Source of the DNA: Escherichia coli
GTDB lineage: Bacteria > Pseudomonadota > Gammaproteobacteria > Enterobacterales > Enterobacteriaceae
DNA length: 64,000 nt
Assembly: GCF_044647545.1 (NCBI RefSeq)
Contig: NZ_CP172818.1
Reading direction: 5' to 3' (one strand)
The notes beneath the pieces are model-generated. The model did not search any database. It saw only the letters and a program-made list of their open reading frames with translations, and was not told the DNA's origin. The position numbers were made by a program, and so were the translations under genes. Positions 1 to 11,534 of this stretch are shown one piece after another (position 1 is the first letter of the stretch; each line of letters begins with the position of its first letter).

Positions 1-428
1 TCGACCGTTATGTTACCTACGCGGATTTCTGGATTCAGGATCAGGAGTATCGTGATCCGGATACCGGGCAGTTGTTTGACCGCGAGTCTCTTAACGCCGA
101 GCTGGAGAAAATCGAGAAACCGGCGGGGATCAGTAATCCAAAAGATTTCCGCAACGAGATTGTTAACTTCGTACTGCGCGCCAGAGCGAATAACAGCGGA
201 CGCAATCCGAACTGGACCAGCTATGAAAAACTGCGCACGGTTATTGAGAAGAAAATGTTCTCCAATACCGAGGAGCTGTTGCCGGTTATTTCGTTTAACG
301 CCAAAACGTCAACCGACGAGCAGAAGAAACATGACGACTTTGTCGACCGTATGATGGAAAAAGGCTACACCCGTAAACAGGTGCGTTTACTGTGCGAATG
401 GTATTTGCGCGTACGTAAATCGTCTTAA
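1..428 (+). CDS. yeaG: PrkA-family serine protein kinase YeaG, C-terminal fragment (5' end outside window)
   Basis: Frame is open from the window edge and ends ...EWYLRVRKSS at stop 426-428; ORF track 72..428 is its internal-Met tail; yeaH follows as in K-12. Confidence 0.85.
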   Translation, partial: DRYVTYADFWIQDQEYRDPDTGQLFDRESLNAELEKIEKPAGISNPKDFRNEIVNFVLRARANNSGRNPNWTSYEKLRTVIEKKMFSNTEELLPVISFNAKTSTDEQKKHDDFVDRMMEKGYTRKQVRLLCEWYLRVRKSS

Positions 429-528
429 CAACCCTGGCCCGGTACACTTGCTACCGGGCCTACAACGACAGCGAACCGTGGGCCAGAGAAGCGGCAACAC
501 AGGCGTAGCATACCGTTGGCAAATGTAG

Positions 529-1824
<1,296 letters not shown>

Positions 1825-1970
1825 AACTGTCAGCCGGGTCATTATCGCCTGGCTGATTTTTAGCTCACTGTAAATTATCTCATTTATTACATACATTAGC
1901 TTACAATCGCTTTAAATATGACAGCATAACCTTTACACAATTTAGTTCCAGAAAACAATCATTCGGAAAA

Positions 1971-3446
1971 ATGATTCGGTCAACACGTATTTCCCTGGGG
2001 TTATTCTTTAATTATTTTTTATCGTCAACGAAAATTGATCCTGGTCAAAACTATATATCTCTGCCATCAATAAAATCCAGCACTCACATTGCTCTCCTTT
2101 TTATGGCTTCTATGGGTACACAAAAATTAAAAGCTCAAGGCTTTTTTATTTTCAGCTTATTGCTGACGTTAATTTTATTTTGCATTACTACCTTATATAA
2201 CGAAAACACAAATGTAAAACTCATCCCACAGATGAATTACCTGATGGTTGTTGTGGCTTTGTTTTTCCTTAACGCCGTCATTTTTCTTTTCATGTTAATG
2301 AAGTATTTCACTAACAAACAAATTTTACCAACACTCATTTTAAGTCTTGCATTTTTAAGTGGCCTTATCTATTTAGTTGAAACCATTGTAATTATCCATA
2401 AACCAATCAACGGCAGTACACTGATCCAGACAAAGTCGAATGATGTTTCTATTTTCTATATTTTCCGCCAACTCAGTTTCATTTGTTTAACCTCGCTGGC
2501 GCTCTTTTGTTATGGGAAAGACAACATCCTTGACAACAATAAGAAAAAAACTGGCATTCTGTTGCTGGCGCTGATTCCTTTTTTAGTTTTTCCCCTTCTG
2601 GCACACAATCTGAGTAGTTATAACGCTGACTATTCTTTGTATGTCGTCGATTACTGTCCGGACAACCATACTGCGACCTGGGGAATCAACTATACAAAAA
2701 TATTGGTTTGTTTGTGGGCATTTTTACTGTTCTTTATTATCATGCGTACACGATTAGCCAGCGAACTATGGCCGTTAATAGCATTATTATGTCTGGCATC
2801 GCTATGCTGCAACTTACTTCTACTGACTCTGGATGAGTATAATTACACCGTCTGGTATATCAGTCGCGGGATTGAAGTTTCCAGTAAACTGTTTGTTGTG
2901 TCTTTTCTGATTTATAACATTTTTCAGGAACTGCAACTCTCCAGCAAACTGGCAGTTCATGATGTACTGACCAATATTTATAATCGGCGCTACTTTTTCA
3001 ACAGCGTAGAGTCATTATTGTCGCGACCTGTTGTTAAGGACTTTTGTGTCATGCTGGTTGATATTAATCAGTTCAAACGCATCAATGCCCAATGGGGACA
3101 TCGTGTGGGTGATAAAGTGCTGGTATCAATTGTCGATATTATCCAGCAAAGCATCCGCCCCGATGATATTTTAGCGCGACTGGAGGGTGAGGTGTTTGGC
3201 TTGCTATTTACCGAACTCAATAGTGCCCAGGCAAAAATCATTGCGGAACGTATGCGTAAAAATGTCGAACTCCTGACCGGCTTTAGTAACAGATATGATG
3301 TTCCTGAACAAATGACCATCAGTATTGGCACGGTTTTTTCAACGGGTGACACGCATAATATCTCGCTTGTCATGACGGAAGCAGATAAAGCCTTACGCGA
3401 AGCGAAAAGCGAGGGGGGCAACAAAGTGATTATTCATCATATTTAA
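1971..3446 (+). CDS. dgcI: Membrane GGDEF-domain protein with degenerate active site (EGEVF)
   Basis: 491-aa ORF with multi-TM N-terminus and C-terminal GGDEF fold; motif reads RLEGEVFGL instead of GGDEF; gene is strongly AT-rich. Confidence 0.85.
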   Translation: MIRSTRISLGLFFNYFLSSTKIDPGQNYISLPSIKSSTHIALLFMASMGTQKLKAQGFFIFSLLLTLILFCITTLYNENTNVKLIPQMNYLMVVVALFFLNAVIFLFMLMKYFTNKQILPTLILSLAFLSGLIYLVETIVIIHKPINGSTLIQTKSNDVSIFYIFRQLSFICLTSLALFCYGKDNILDNNKKKTGILLLALIPFLVFPLLAHNLSSYNADYSLYVVDYCPDNHTATWGINYTKILVCLWAFLLFFIIMRTRLASELWPLIALLCLASLCCNLLLLTLDEYNYTVWYISRGIEVSSKLFVVSFLIYNIFQELQLSSKLAVHDVLTNIYNRRYFFNSVESLLSRPVVKDFCVMLVDINQFKRINAQWGHRVGDKVLVSIVDIIQQSIRPDDILARLEGEVFGLLFTELNSAQAKIIAERMRKNVELLTGFSNRYDVPEQMTISIGTVFSTGDTHNISLVMTEADKALREAKSEGGNKVIIHHI

Positions 3447-3626
3447 GTGCAAAAATATTCAGAGCCATGCTTTTTGCGTGGCTTTTGCATACAATTTATT
3501 ACTATTACCCCTAAATTTCCCCTCCCCAGCGGCGCAGAGATGAGTATAATTAGCGCCCCTGTGCCAGGCCGCAATCGAACTTTATCTGGTTTTCTCGTTT
3601 CACTAACCGAAGGAGTGCCATTTATC

Positions 3627-5117
3627 ATGAAATTGCACCATAGAATGCTCCGGCATTTTATCGCCGCAAGTGTCATTGTGCTGACATCTTCCTTCCTTAT
3701 TTTTGAACTTGTCGCCAGTGACAGAGCAATGAGTGCCTATCTGCGCTATATCGTGCAGAGAGCAGACTCCTCCTTTCTTTATGATAAGTATCAGAATCAG
3801 AGTATTGCCGCGCATGTGATGCGCGCGCTCGCTGCTGAGCAGTCGGAAGTGTCGCCAGAACAGCGGCGCGCCATCTGCGAGGCTTTTGAGTCTGCCAATA
3901 ATACCCATGGCTTAAACCTGACTGCCCATAAATACCCTGGCTTACGCGGCACACTACAAACCGCATCCACTGACTGCGACACAATTGTGGAAGCTGCTGC
4001 ACTATTACCCGCTTTTGATCAGGCAGTGGAAGGCAACCGCCACCAGGATGATTACGGTTCAGGTCTTGGGATGGCCGAAGAGAAATTTCACTATTATCTC
4101 GATCTCAATGACCGCTATGTCTATTTTTATGAGCCGGTTAATGTTGAGTACTTTGCGATGAATAACTGGTCCTTCCTGCAGTCAGGAAGTATTGGCATCG
4201 ATCGCAAAGATATTGAAAAGGTATTTACCGGGCGTACCGTATTATCGAGCATTTACCAGGATCAGCGTACTAAACAGAACGTGATGAGTTTGCTGACGCC
4301 GGTATATGTCGCAGGGCAGCTAAAAGGGATTGTGCTGCTGGATATTAACAAAAACAATCTGCGGAATATCTTTTACACTCATGACCGCCCTCTCCTCTGG
4401 CGTTTTCTCAATGTCACGCTAACTGATACAGATTCGGGGCGCGACATTATCATCAACCAGAGCGAAGATAATCTGTTCCAGTATGTCAGTTACGTCCATG
4501 ACTTACCGGGCGGCATTCGTGTCTCGTTATCCATTGATATTCTTTACTTTATCACGTCTTCGTGGAAAAGCGTTCTGTTCTGGATTTTGACGGCGTTAAT
4601 TTTGCTGAATATGGTGCGGATGCACTTCCGTTTATACCAAAATGTGTCGCGAGAAAATATTAGTGATGCGATGACTGGACTCTATAATCGCAAAATTTTA
4701 ACCCCTGAACTGGAGCAGCGGTTGCAGAAGCTGGTGCAATCCGGTTCTTCGGTGATGTTTATTGCAATTGACATGGACAAGTTAAAGCAAATAAATGACA
4801 CCCTTGGTCATCAGGAGGGGGATTTAGCGATTACGTTATTAGCGCAGGCGATTAAACAGTCGATTCGTAAAAGTGATTATGCCATCCGACTCGGTGGCGA
4901 TGAATTCTGCATCATTCTTGTCGATTCGACACCGCAAATTGCAGCACAACTGCCTGAACGTATCGAAAAACGTCTGCAACATATCGCGCCGCAGAAAGAG
5001 ATCGGCTTCTCTTCCGGTATTTACGCGATGAAAGAAAACGATACGTTACATGATGCGTATAAAGCTTCCGATGAGCGTTTATATGTCAATAAGCAGAACA
5101 AAAACAGCCGTTCATGA
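3627..5117 (+). CDS. dgcJ: Membrane diguanylate cyclase (intact GGDEF)
   Basis: ATG at 3627 preceded by AGGAG gives 496 aa; motif RLGGDEFCI present; ORF track start 3447 is an upstream in-frame extension. Confidence 0.85.
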   Translation: MKLHHRMLRHFIAASVIVLTSSFLIFELVASDRAMSAYLRYIVQRADSSFLYDKYQNQSIAAHVMRALAAEQSEVSPEQRRAICEAFESANNTHGLNLTAHKYPGLRGTLQTASTDCDTIVEAAALLPAFDQAVEGNRHQDDYGSGLGMAEEKFHYYLDLNDRYVYFYEPVNVEYFAMNNWSFLQSGSIGIDRKDIEKVFTGRTVLSSIYQDQRTKQNVMSLLTPVYVAGQLKGIVLLDINKNNLRNIFYTHDRPLLWRFLNVTLTDTDSGRDIIINQSEDNLFQYVSYVHDLPGGIRVSLSIDILYFITSSWKSVLFWILTALILLNMVRMHFRLYQNVSRENISDAMTGLYNRKILTPELEQRLQKLVQSGSSVMFIAIDMDKLKQINDTLGHQEGDLAITLLAQAIKQSIRKSDYAIRLGGDEFCIILVDSTPQIAAQLPERIEKRLQHIAPQKEIGFSSGIYAMKENDTLHDAYKASDERLYVNKQNKNSRS

Positions 5118-5159
5118 TAACCTTCTGTAGTTGTTTGCTTGTAATCTCAGGAGCATGAA

Positions 5160-5663
5160 ATGACTGAAATGGCTAAAGGAAGCGTGACGCATCAGCGGTT
5201 AATCGCTTTATTATCGCAAGAAGGTGCTAACTTCCGCGTCGTTACCCATGAAGCGGTAGGTAAATGTGAAGCGGTGTCAGAAATTCGTGGCACCGCTTTA
5301 GGCCAGGGGGCTAAGGCACTGGTATGTAAAGTCAAAGGCAATGGCGTAAATCAACATGTTCTGGCGATCCTCGCGGCCGATCAACAGGCCGATCTGAGCC
5401 AACTTGCCAGCCATATAGGCGGATTACGCGCTTCGTTGGCCAGCCCGGCGGAAGTCGATGAACTCACAGGCTGTGTCTTCGGCGCGATCCCCCCTTTCAG
5501 CTTCCATCCAAAACTCAAACTGGTTGCCGACCCCCTACTCTTCGAACGATTTGATGAAATCGCCTTCAATGCAGGCATGCTGGATAAATCCGTTATTTTG
5601 AAAACCGCGGATTATTTGCGCATTGCGCAACCAGAACTGGTCAATTTCCGCCGCACTGCGTAA
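5160..5663 (+). CDS. yeaK: YbaK/ProX-family aminoacyl-tRNA deacylase YeaK
   Basis: 167-aa ORF with GGAG upstream; conserved position after dgcJ. Confidence 0.85.
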   Translation: MTEMAKGSVTHQRLIALLSQEGANFRVVTHEAVGKCEAVSEIRGTALGQGAKALVCKVKGNGVNQHVLAILAADQQADLSQLASHIGGLRASLASPAEVDELTGCVFGAIPPFSFHPKLKLVADPLLFERFDEIAFNAGMLDKSVILKTADYLRIAQPELVNFRRTA

Positions 5664-5768
5664 CTAGCCTGTCCGTTCGATAAGAAGAACGGACAAAACC
5701 AGCACAACAGCAATGGCAAAAAACGATGACGTGATAATCAGTGTCTCGACGAACATTTGATCGTTCAT
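5664..5768 (-). CDS. yoaI: Small membrane protein YoaI (34 aa)
   Basis: Minus-strand ORF read by hand: [34 protein letters not shown]; below the ORF-track size cut-off. Confidence 0.6.
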   Translation of the reverse strand: MNDQMFVETLIITSSFFAIAVVLVLSVLLIERTG

Positions 5769-5937
5769 AGTATGCCCCCGGGAGATAGCTGTTTTCACGT
5801 TATTGTTAACGTGCACAAATGGCAGTTTGATGACAGTTCGCCTGATTTTTTATGCAAAAAACGTAAAGATTTTCTACTTCCTTCCTGCAGCAAGCGTAAA
5901 GTAAGCAGGCTTATTATTCTTTGGCAAGGAAACCACG

Positions 5938-6384
5938 ATGTTTGATGTCACTTTGCTGATCCTGCTCGGGTTAGCTGCGCTGGGCTTTATCAGTCATAAC
6001 ACCACTGTCGCCGTTTCAATTCTGGTGTTAATCATTGTCCGCGTCACACCGTTAAGCACCTTTTTCCCGTGGATTGAAAAACAGGGGCTAAGTATCGGGA
6101 TAATCATTCTGACGATTGGTGTTATGGCTCCCATCGCCAGCGGGACGCTACCGCCCTCAACCCTGATTCACTCGTTTCTGAACTGGAAATCGCTGGTGGC
6201 AATTGCAGTCGGCGTTATTGTCTCCTGGCTGGGAGGGCGCGGCGTGACGTTAATGGGCAGCCAGCCGCAACTGGTCGCCGGGTTGCTGGTGGGCACTGTT
6301 TTAGGCGTGGCGCTGTTTCGCGGCGTACCGGTTGGCCCGCTTATTGCCGCGGGTCTGGTTTCGCTGATTGTGGGGAAACAGTAG
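5938..6384 (+). CDS. yeaL: UPF0756 inner-membrane protein YeaL
   Basis: 148-aa hydrophobic ORF; 3' end overlaps the convergent nimR. Confidence 0.85.
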
Positions 6385-7162
6385 TTAATCCCGCAATATA
6401 TCGGCCTGGCGTTTGCCCCAGGCCTTTCTTAAACATAGTAATAAAGGCCGTTGTTGAATCATACCCCAGCGTATGAGCAACTTTCTGTACAGTATCGCCT
6501 TTCACTAATCCCTGAAGCGCCATAATCAGCTGTAACTGCTGACGCCACTGGCGAAAACTCAACCCCGTCTCTTTCACTATCAGCCGGGCAAGATTGCGTT
6601 CACTCATCGCAAAAAAGCGAGCCCATTGCCCCAATGACCCCCACTCGACGGGCTCTTTCGCCATCATCTCCACCATCGCGCGGATTTTAGGATGAGAAGA
6701 AACGGGTAGGTGCAGCTGTTGTTGTGGCTGCTGAGGGAGTTCATCAAACAGGACCTGAATTAATCTGCGGGTCATCGGCTCAGCACGCTGAGTCGTCGTC
6801 CTGTTTGCCAGGGTTAAAATTAATTCCCGGCATAAGGGCGATATTTTCAATGTGCAACAGGTTGTCGGCATTGTCACTGCGCTGGGTTCGATAAACAGAA
6901 AACAGAGTTCGGCGTTAGCTGTCACTTGATTGCTATGTTCCACCCCTCCCGGTATCCAAACCGCATATTGCGGCGGCACCATCCACAAAGCATTTTCCAC
7001 CGTACAGGTAATTGCACCATGTAGCGCCAGTATCAGCTGTCCTTTGCGGTGCTGATGTACAGGACTGGTTAACTCATCCGTTCCGGCGTGAATACAAAAT
7101 GCGACCGCGGCTTCATGGTGTCGGTCGGGTTCATAGCCATTGAGATTCAACCTGTGCATCAT
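6341..7162 (-). CDS. nimR: AraC-family transcriptional regulator NimR (YeaM)
   Basis: 273-aa ORF with cupin-like N-terminus and AraC-type HTH C-terminus; divergent from the MFS gene nimT. Confidence 0.85.
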
Positions 7163-7258
7163 TTTGTCCGAATTTAGCGATAATTTGTCATTTTAGCTTG
7201 ATTCAACATAACACTAAAAACGGTAAGGTACAGCCTCGTTTGTAACAATGAGAAGCAT

Positions 7259-8440
7259 ATGACCTGTTCAACTTCATTAAGCGGCAAAAACAGGATTGTC
7301 CTTATCGCTGGTATTCTGATGATTGCCACAACATTACGCGTCACCTTTACCGGCGCAGCACCGTTACTGGATACGATTCGTTCCGCTTACTCGCTGACGA
7401 CGGCGCAAACCGGCTTATTGACCACCCTGCCATTATTAGCCTTTGCGCTAATCTCACCGCTGGCCGCCCCGGTGGCGCGACGTTTTGGTATGGAACGTAG
7501 CCTGTTTGCCGCGTTACTTTTGATCTGTGCAGGTATCGCAATTCGCTCTCTCCCTTCGCCTTACTTATTATTTGGCGGTACAGCGGTCATTGGCGGTGGG
7601 ATTGCATTAGGCAATGTCTTACTGCCAGGATTAATTAAACGCGATTTCCCTCATTCCGTCGCCAGACTTACCGGCGCATATTCCCTGACAATGGGAGCTG
7701 CGGCGGCACTGGGATCGGCTATGGTAGTGCCGCTGGCTTTGAACGGTTTTGGCTGGCGAGGCGCGTTGCTCATGCTGATGTGTTTTCCTCTGCTGGCTCT
7801 TTTTTTATGGCTGCCACAGTGGCGAAGCCAACAACATGCAAATTTGAGTACTTCACGCGCCTTACATACTCGGGGTATCTGGCGTTCGCCGCTTGCCTGG
7901 CAGGTAACATTGTTTCTTGGGATCAACTCACTGGTCTATTACGTGATTATTGGCTGGCTTCCGGCGATCCTCATCAGTCACGGCTATAGCGAAGCACAGG
8001 CGGGTTCACTGCATGGTTTGCTGCAACTAGCCACAGCAGCTCCCGGTTTGCTGATCCCACTTTTCTTACACCATGTGAAAGATCAGCGTGGTATTGCAGC
8101 GTTCGTTGCCTTGATGTGCGCAGTGGGCGCGGTTGGGCTCTGCTTTATGCCAGCGCACGCGATCACCTGGACTCTGCTTTTCGGCTTTGGTTCCGGCGCA
8201 ACAATGATACTGGGGTTGACGTTCATTGGTCTGCGGGCAAGTTCTGCGCATCAGGCGGCGGCACTCTCGGGGATGGCACAATCCGTCGGGTATTTGCTGG
8301 CAGCCTGTGGGCCGCCGCTGATGGGTAAAATACACGATGCTAACGGTGACTGGTCCGTACCACTGATGGGTGTTGCAATACTTTCACTACTGATGGCGAT
8401 TTTCGGACTTTGCGCCGGGAGAGACAAAGAAATTCGCTAA
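7259..8440 (+). CDS. nimT: MFS transporter NimT (YeaN)
   Basis: 393-aa, roughly 12-TM hydrophobic ORF; divergent from nimR. Confidence 0.85.
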   Translation: MTCSTSLSGKNRIVLIAGILMIATTLRVTFTGAAPLLDTIRSAYSLTTAQTGLLTTLPLLAFALISPLAAPVARRFGMERSLFAALLLICAGIAIRSLPSPYLLFGGTAVIGGGIALGNVLLPGLIKRDFPHSVARLTGAYSLTMGAAAALGSAMVVPLALNGFGWRGALLMLMCFPLLALFLWLPQWRSQQHANLSTSRALHTRGIWRSPLAWQVTLFLGINSLVYYVIIGWLPAILISHGYSEAQAGSLHGLLQLATAAPGLLIPLFLHHVKDQRGIAAFVALMCAVGAVGLCFMPAHAITWTLLFGFGSGATMILGLTFIGLRASSAHQAAALSGMAQSVGYLLAACGPPLMGKIHDANGDWSVPLMGVAILSLLMAIFGLCAGRDKEIR

Positions 8441-8494
8441 TATCCGGTGCTATAGTGACGTGACAAATCATGCGTGAAAGGGAGAACAAACACG

Positions 8495-8842
8495 ATGAAT
8501 ATTCAGTGCAAACGCGTTTATGATCCGGCTGAACAGAGCGATGGTTATCGCGTACTGGTCGACCGCCTCTGGCCGCGCGGTATCAAAAAAACCGATTTAG
8601 CCCTTGATGAGTGGGATAAAGAAATCACGCCGTCAACGGAACTGCGCAAAGCCTTTCACGGCGAAGTCGTCGATTTTGCAACCTTTCGCGAGCAATATCT
8701 TGCAGAACTGGCGCAACACGAGCAAGAAGGAAAGCGGCTGGCGAACATCGCCAAAAAACAGCCGCTGACCCTGCTCTACTCAGCAAAAAACACCACGCAG
8801 AACCATGCGCTGGTGCTGGCAGACTGGCTACGTAGCTTGTGA
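8495..8842 (+). CDS. yeaO: DUF488 protein YeaO
   Basis: ATG at 8495 after GGGAGA SD gives 115 aa; ORF track start 8474 is an upstream extension. Confidence 0.8.
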   Translation: MNIQCKRVYDPAEQSDGYRVLVDRLWPRGIKKTDLALDEWDKEITPSTELRKAFHGEVVDFATFREQYLAELAQHEQEGKRLANIAKKQPLTLLYSAKNTTQNHALVLADWLRSL

Positions 8843-8863
8843 TTTTAGTACGCCATCCGGCGG

Positions 8864-9118
8864 TTATTTTTCACCAGCCGGATGGTCCCGTCGCCACAAT
8901 GCCCATTCATCAATCGTTTCACCGCCCGGTAATTTGCAATTGTTGCTGACCCCTTGCGCTGTCTGCACTGGAATGAGCGTCCCGCCCTTCTGCTGGCAAT
9001 AGACCGACGCCGGATTTGCCATACCAATCTGTGGCGGTTTAGGTGCTTCTGGCTGAGAAGGGGTTGAACAACCAGCCAGGACCAGCAAGCAAGGCAGAAC
9101 AAAACTGATAATTTTCAT
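8864..9118 (-). CDS. yoaF: DUF333 lipoprotein YoaF
   Basis: 84-aa ORF with lipoprotein signal (LVLAGCSTP lipobox). Confidence 0.8.
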   Translation of the reverse strand: MKIISFVLPCLLVLAGCSTPSQPEAPKPPQIGMANPASVYCQQKGGTLIPVQTAQGVSNNCKLPGGETIDEWALWRRDHPAGEK

Positions 9119-9300
9119 TTATTGATCTCACATATTTATCCAGACTTAGAGTATCGCGGTATCGTTTTGTTTTGCAGCACTATTTTTATTACATTCACTC
9201 AAAACATATTACGCCTTGTTTCATCTTTGTTGATGATGTTTTATCATGCCTGCAAAGATTAAATAATCAGCATTTACCCGCCGTATCCTGGAGTTGTTTC

Positions 9301-10326
9301 GTGTCAGATCAGATTATCGCCCGCGTCTCGCAATCCCTTGCCAAAGAACAGTCACTGGAAAGTCTGGTTCGACAGCTTCTGGAGATGCTGGAAATGGTCA
9401 CTGATATGGAATCAACCTACCTGACCAAAGTGGATGTCGAAGCGCGCCTGCAGCATATAATGTTTGCCCGTAACAGCCAGAAAATGCACATCCCGGAGAA
9501 TTTTACCGTCTCGTGGGATTACTCGTTATGCAAACGCGCCATTGATGAAAACTGCTTTTTCAGCGATGAAGTCCCCGACCGTTGGGGCGACTGTATTGCG
9601 GCACGCAATCTTGGCATCACCACATTTCTGAGCACGCCAATTCACTTACCGGATGGATCATTCTATGGCACGCTTTGCGCCGCCAGCAGTGAGAAGCGCC
9701 AGTGGAGTGAACGCGCGGAACAGGTTTTGCAGTTATTCGCCGGACTGATTGCACAATATATTCAAAAAGAGGCGCTGGTAGAACAGCTGCGCGAAGCCAA
9801 TGCCGCACTGATAGCGCAATCGTATACCGACTCGTTAACCGGGCTACCGAATCGGCGGGCGATTTTTGAAAATCTGACGACGCTGTTTTCTCTCGCCCGG
9901 CATCTTAACCATAAGATAATGATCGCGTTTATCGACCTGGATAACTTCAAATTAATCAACGATCGTTTTGGTCATAATAGTGGCGATCTGTTTCTCATTC
10001 AGGTTGGCGAGCGCCTTAATACGCTCCAGCAAAATGGCGAAGTTATTGGTCGTCTCGGCGGTGATGAGTTTTTGGTTGTTTCACTGAACAACGAGAATAC
10101 GGATATTTCGTCGCTGCGAGAACGTATTCAACAGCAAATACGTGGAGAATATCACTTAGGTGATGTTGATTTGTATTATCCCGGTGCCAGTCTTGGCATA
10201 GTAGAAGTCGATCCTGAAACGACCGATGCAGACAGTGCCCTGCATGCTGCCGATATCGCGATGTATCAGGAGAAAAAACACAAACAGAAAACACCTTTTG
10301 TCGCGCATCCAGCGCTACATTCCTGA
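9301..10326 (+). CDS. dgcP: GAF-GGDEF diguanylate cyclase
   Basis: GTG at 9301 after GGAG gives 341 aa; intact GRLGGDEFLVV motif. Confidence 0.85.
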   Translation: MSDQIIARVSQSLAKEQSLESLVRQLLEMLEMVTDMESTYLTKVDVEARLQHIMFARNSQKMHIPENFTVSWDYSLCKRAIDENCFFSDEVPDRWGDCIAARNLGITTFLSTPIHLPDGSFYGTLCAASSEKRQWSERAEQVLQLFAGLIAQYIQKEALVEQLREANAALIAQSYTDSLTGLPNRRAIFENLTTLFSLARHLNHKIMIAFIDLDNFKLINDRFGHNSGDLFLIQVGERLNTLQQNGEVIGRLGGDEFLVVSLNNENTDISSLRERIQQQIRGEYHLGDVDLYYPGASLGIVEVDPETTDADSALHAADIAMYQEKKHKQKTPFVAHPALHS

Positions 10327-10358
10327 GGCGTATTCACATCCTTTTGATTGGTGATAAC

Positions 10359-10457
10359 ATGCGAATCGGTATTATTTTTCCGGTTGTAATCTTTATTACA
10401 GCGGTCGTATTTTTAGCATGGTTTTTTATTGGCGGCTATGCTGCCCCGGGAGCATAA
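10359..10457 (+). CDS. yoaK: Small membrane protein YoaK (32 aa)
   Basis: Hand-translated: MRIGIIFPVVIFITAVVFLAWFFIGGYAAPGA; below ORF-track cut-off. Confidence 0.55.
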   Translation: MRIGIIFPVVIFITAVVFLAWFFIGGYAAPGA

Positions 10458-10459
10458 AG

Positions 10460-10534
10460 ATGAAAAAAACAACGATTATTATGATGGGTGTGGCGATTAT
10501 TGTCGTACTCGGCACTGAGCTGGGATGGTGGTAA
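10460..10534 (+). CDS. yoaJ: Small membrane protein YoaJ (24 aa)
   Basis: Hand-translated: MKKTTIIMMGVAIIVVLGTELGWW; starts 2 nt after the yoaK stop. Confidence 0.55.
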   Translation: MKKTTIIMMGVAIIVVLGTELGWW

Positions 10535-10592
10535 CGTCACATCTAGAAAATAGCAAAGGCTGCCTGTGTGCAGCCTTTGTGCAATTTACGCG

Positions 10593-10841
10593 TTAACTTT
10601 TAATCTTTCTGTAGATAAACAGCACGACAATCGCGCCAATAACGGCAACCACGAAGCTGCCAAAATTGAAGCCATCGACTTTACCAAAGCCAAACAGCGT
10701 GCTGATCCATCCGCCGACTACGGCACCGACTATCCCCAGCAGGATAGTCATAAAGAATCCACCACCATCTTTACCTGGCATGATCCACTTCGCCAGAATA
10801 CCGGCAATAAGCCCAAAAATAATCCATGACAGAATGCCCAT
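10593..10841 (-). CDS. yeaQ: GlsB/YeaQ/YmgE-family small membrane protein
   Basis: 82-aa Gly-rich hydrophobic ORF. Confidence 0.85.
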   Translation of the reverse strand: MGILSWIIFGLIAGILAKWIMPGKDGGGFFMTILLGIVGAVVGGWISTLFGFGKVDGFNFGSFVVAVIGAIVVLFIYRKIKS

Positions 10842-10988
10842 TGTTTCCTCACTTATCTGTTTTGCATTAGCGGGTTAGTCGCTGATAAAAAGCATAGCAC
10901 AACATCGGGAGGGCAAGATTTGTGACGAGCATCACGGAGGAATTTTTTGCGATGGCGCAGAAATTGCGCCATCAACGATCAGTGATAA

Positions 10989-11171
10989 TTACCAACCACA
11001 AACATCATGTTCGTTTTCCGTGTCATAAGAACGCACGGTATTCACCAGATCTTTTATCACTTCAGCCGCCACTTCTGGTACCAGCAAAGTCATCGGCGTC
11101 TCTGTTTCATAATCGACAGAAACGCCATTGCTGTTATTGGTGACGGTCACGGTATACGTTGCTTTGCCCAT
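10989..11171 (-). CDS. yoaG: DUF1869 protein YoaG
   Basis: 60-aa ORF immediately downstream of yeaR on the same strand. Confidence 0.8.
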   Translation of the reverse strand: MGKATYTVTVTNNSNGVSVDYETETPMTLLVPEVAAEVIKDLVNTVRSYDTENEHDVCGW

Positions 11172-11174
11172 GAT

Positions 11175-11534
11175 TCATTTCCCGTTATGAATGACTTTCC
11201 GTTGTTGCGCGCCTTCCATCAGGACTTCAGGAGCAACGAAGAAGTCAATGTTGAAATAAGTGTCGTCAGTCATGGCTTCAATGTTGTGCCACTTTTCTGG
11301 AGGGAACACCGCAAACTGCCCCGCTTCGATAAGGATCACTTGATCAGGCTCTGCACTGTGTTCATCAGCGTAGCCGAGATATTTGACCGCCCCATGCATA
11401 ACGGAAAGGCGTGGGTAAACCCCCGGGCGCGTTCCTTTATCAAGATGACGTTCGAATATTCCGGCAGGCGCAGTTTGTTTATTCCAGAAAGGCGTTGAGC
11501 GCGTATGAATATAATTCTGTGGGATTTGCAGCAT
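11175..11534 (-). CDS. yeaR: DUF1971 protein YeaR
   Basis: 119-aa ORF; first gene of the yeaR-yoaG pair. Confidence 0.8.
   Translation of the reverse strand: MLQIPQNYIHTRSTPFWNKQTAPAGIFERHLDKGTRPGVYPRLSVMHGAVKYLGYADEHSAEPDQVILIEAGQFAVFPPEKWHNIEAMTDDTYFNIDFFVAPEVLMEGAQQRKVIHNGK

Noticed and set aside
3447-3626. N-terminal 60-codon extension of dgcJ in the ORF track
   Set aside because: No SD before the ATG at 3447, whereas the ATG at 3627 has AGGAG at the correct spacing and gives the expected 496-aa protein; the extension lies in the dgcI-dgcJ intergenic region.
11007-11498. 163-aa ORF on the plus strand across yoaG and yeaR
   Set aside because: Antisense to two conserved minus-strand genes; shadow ORF.
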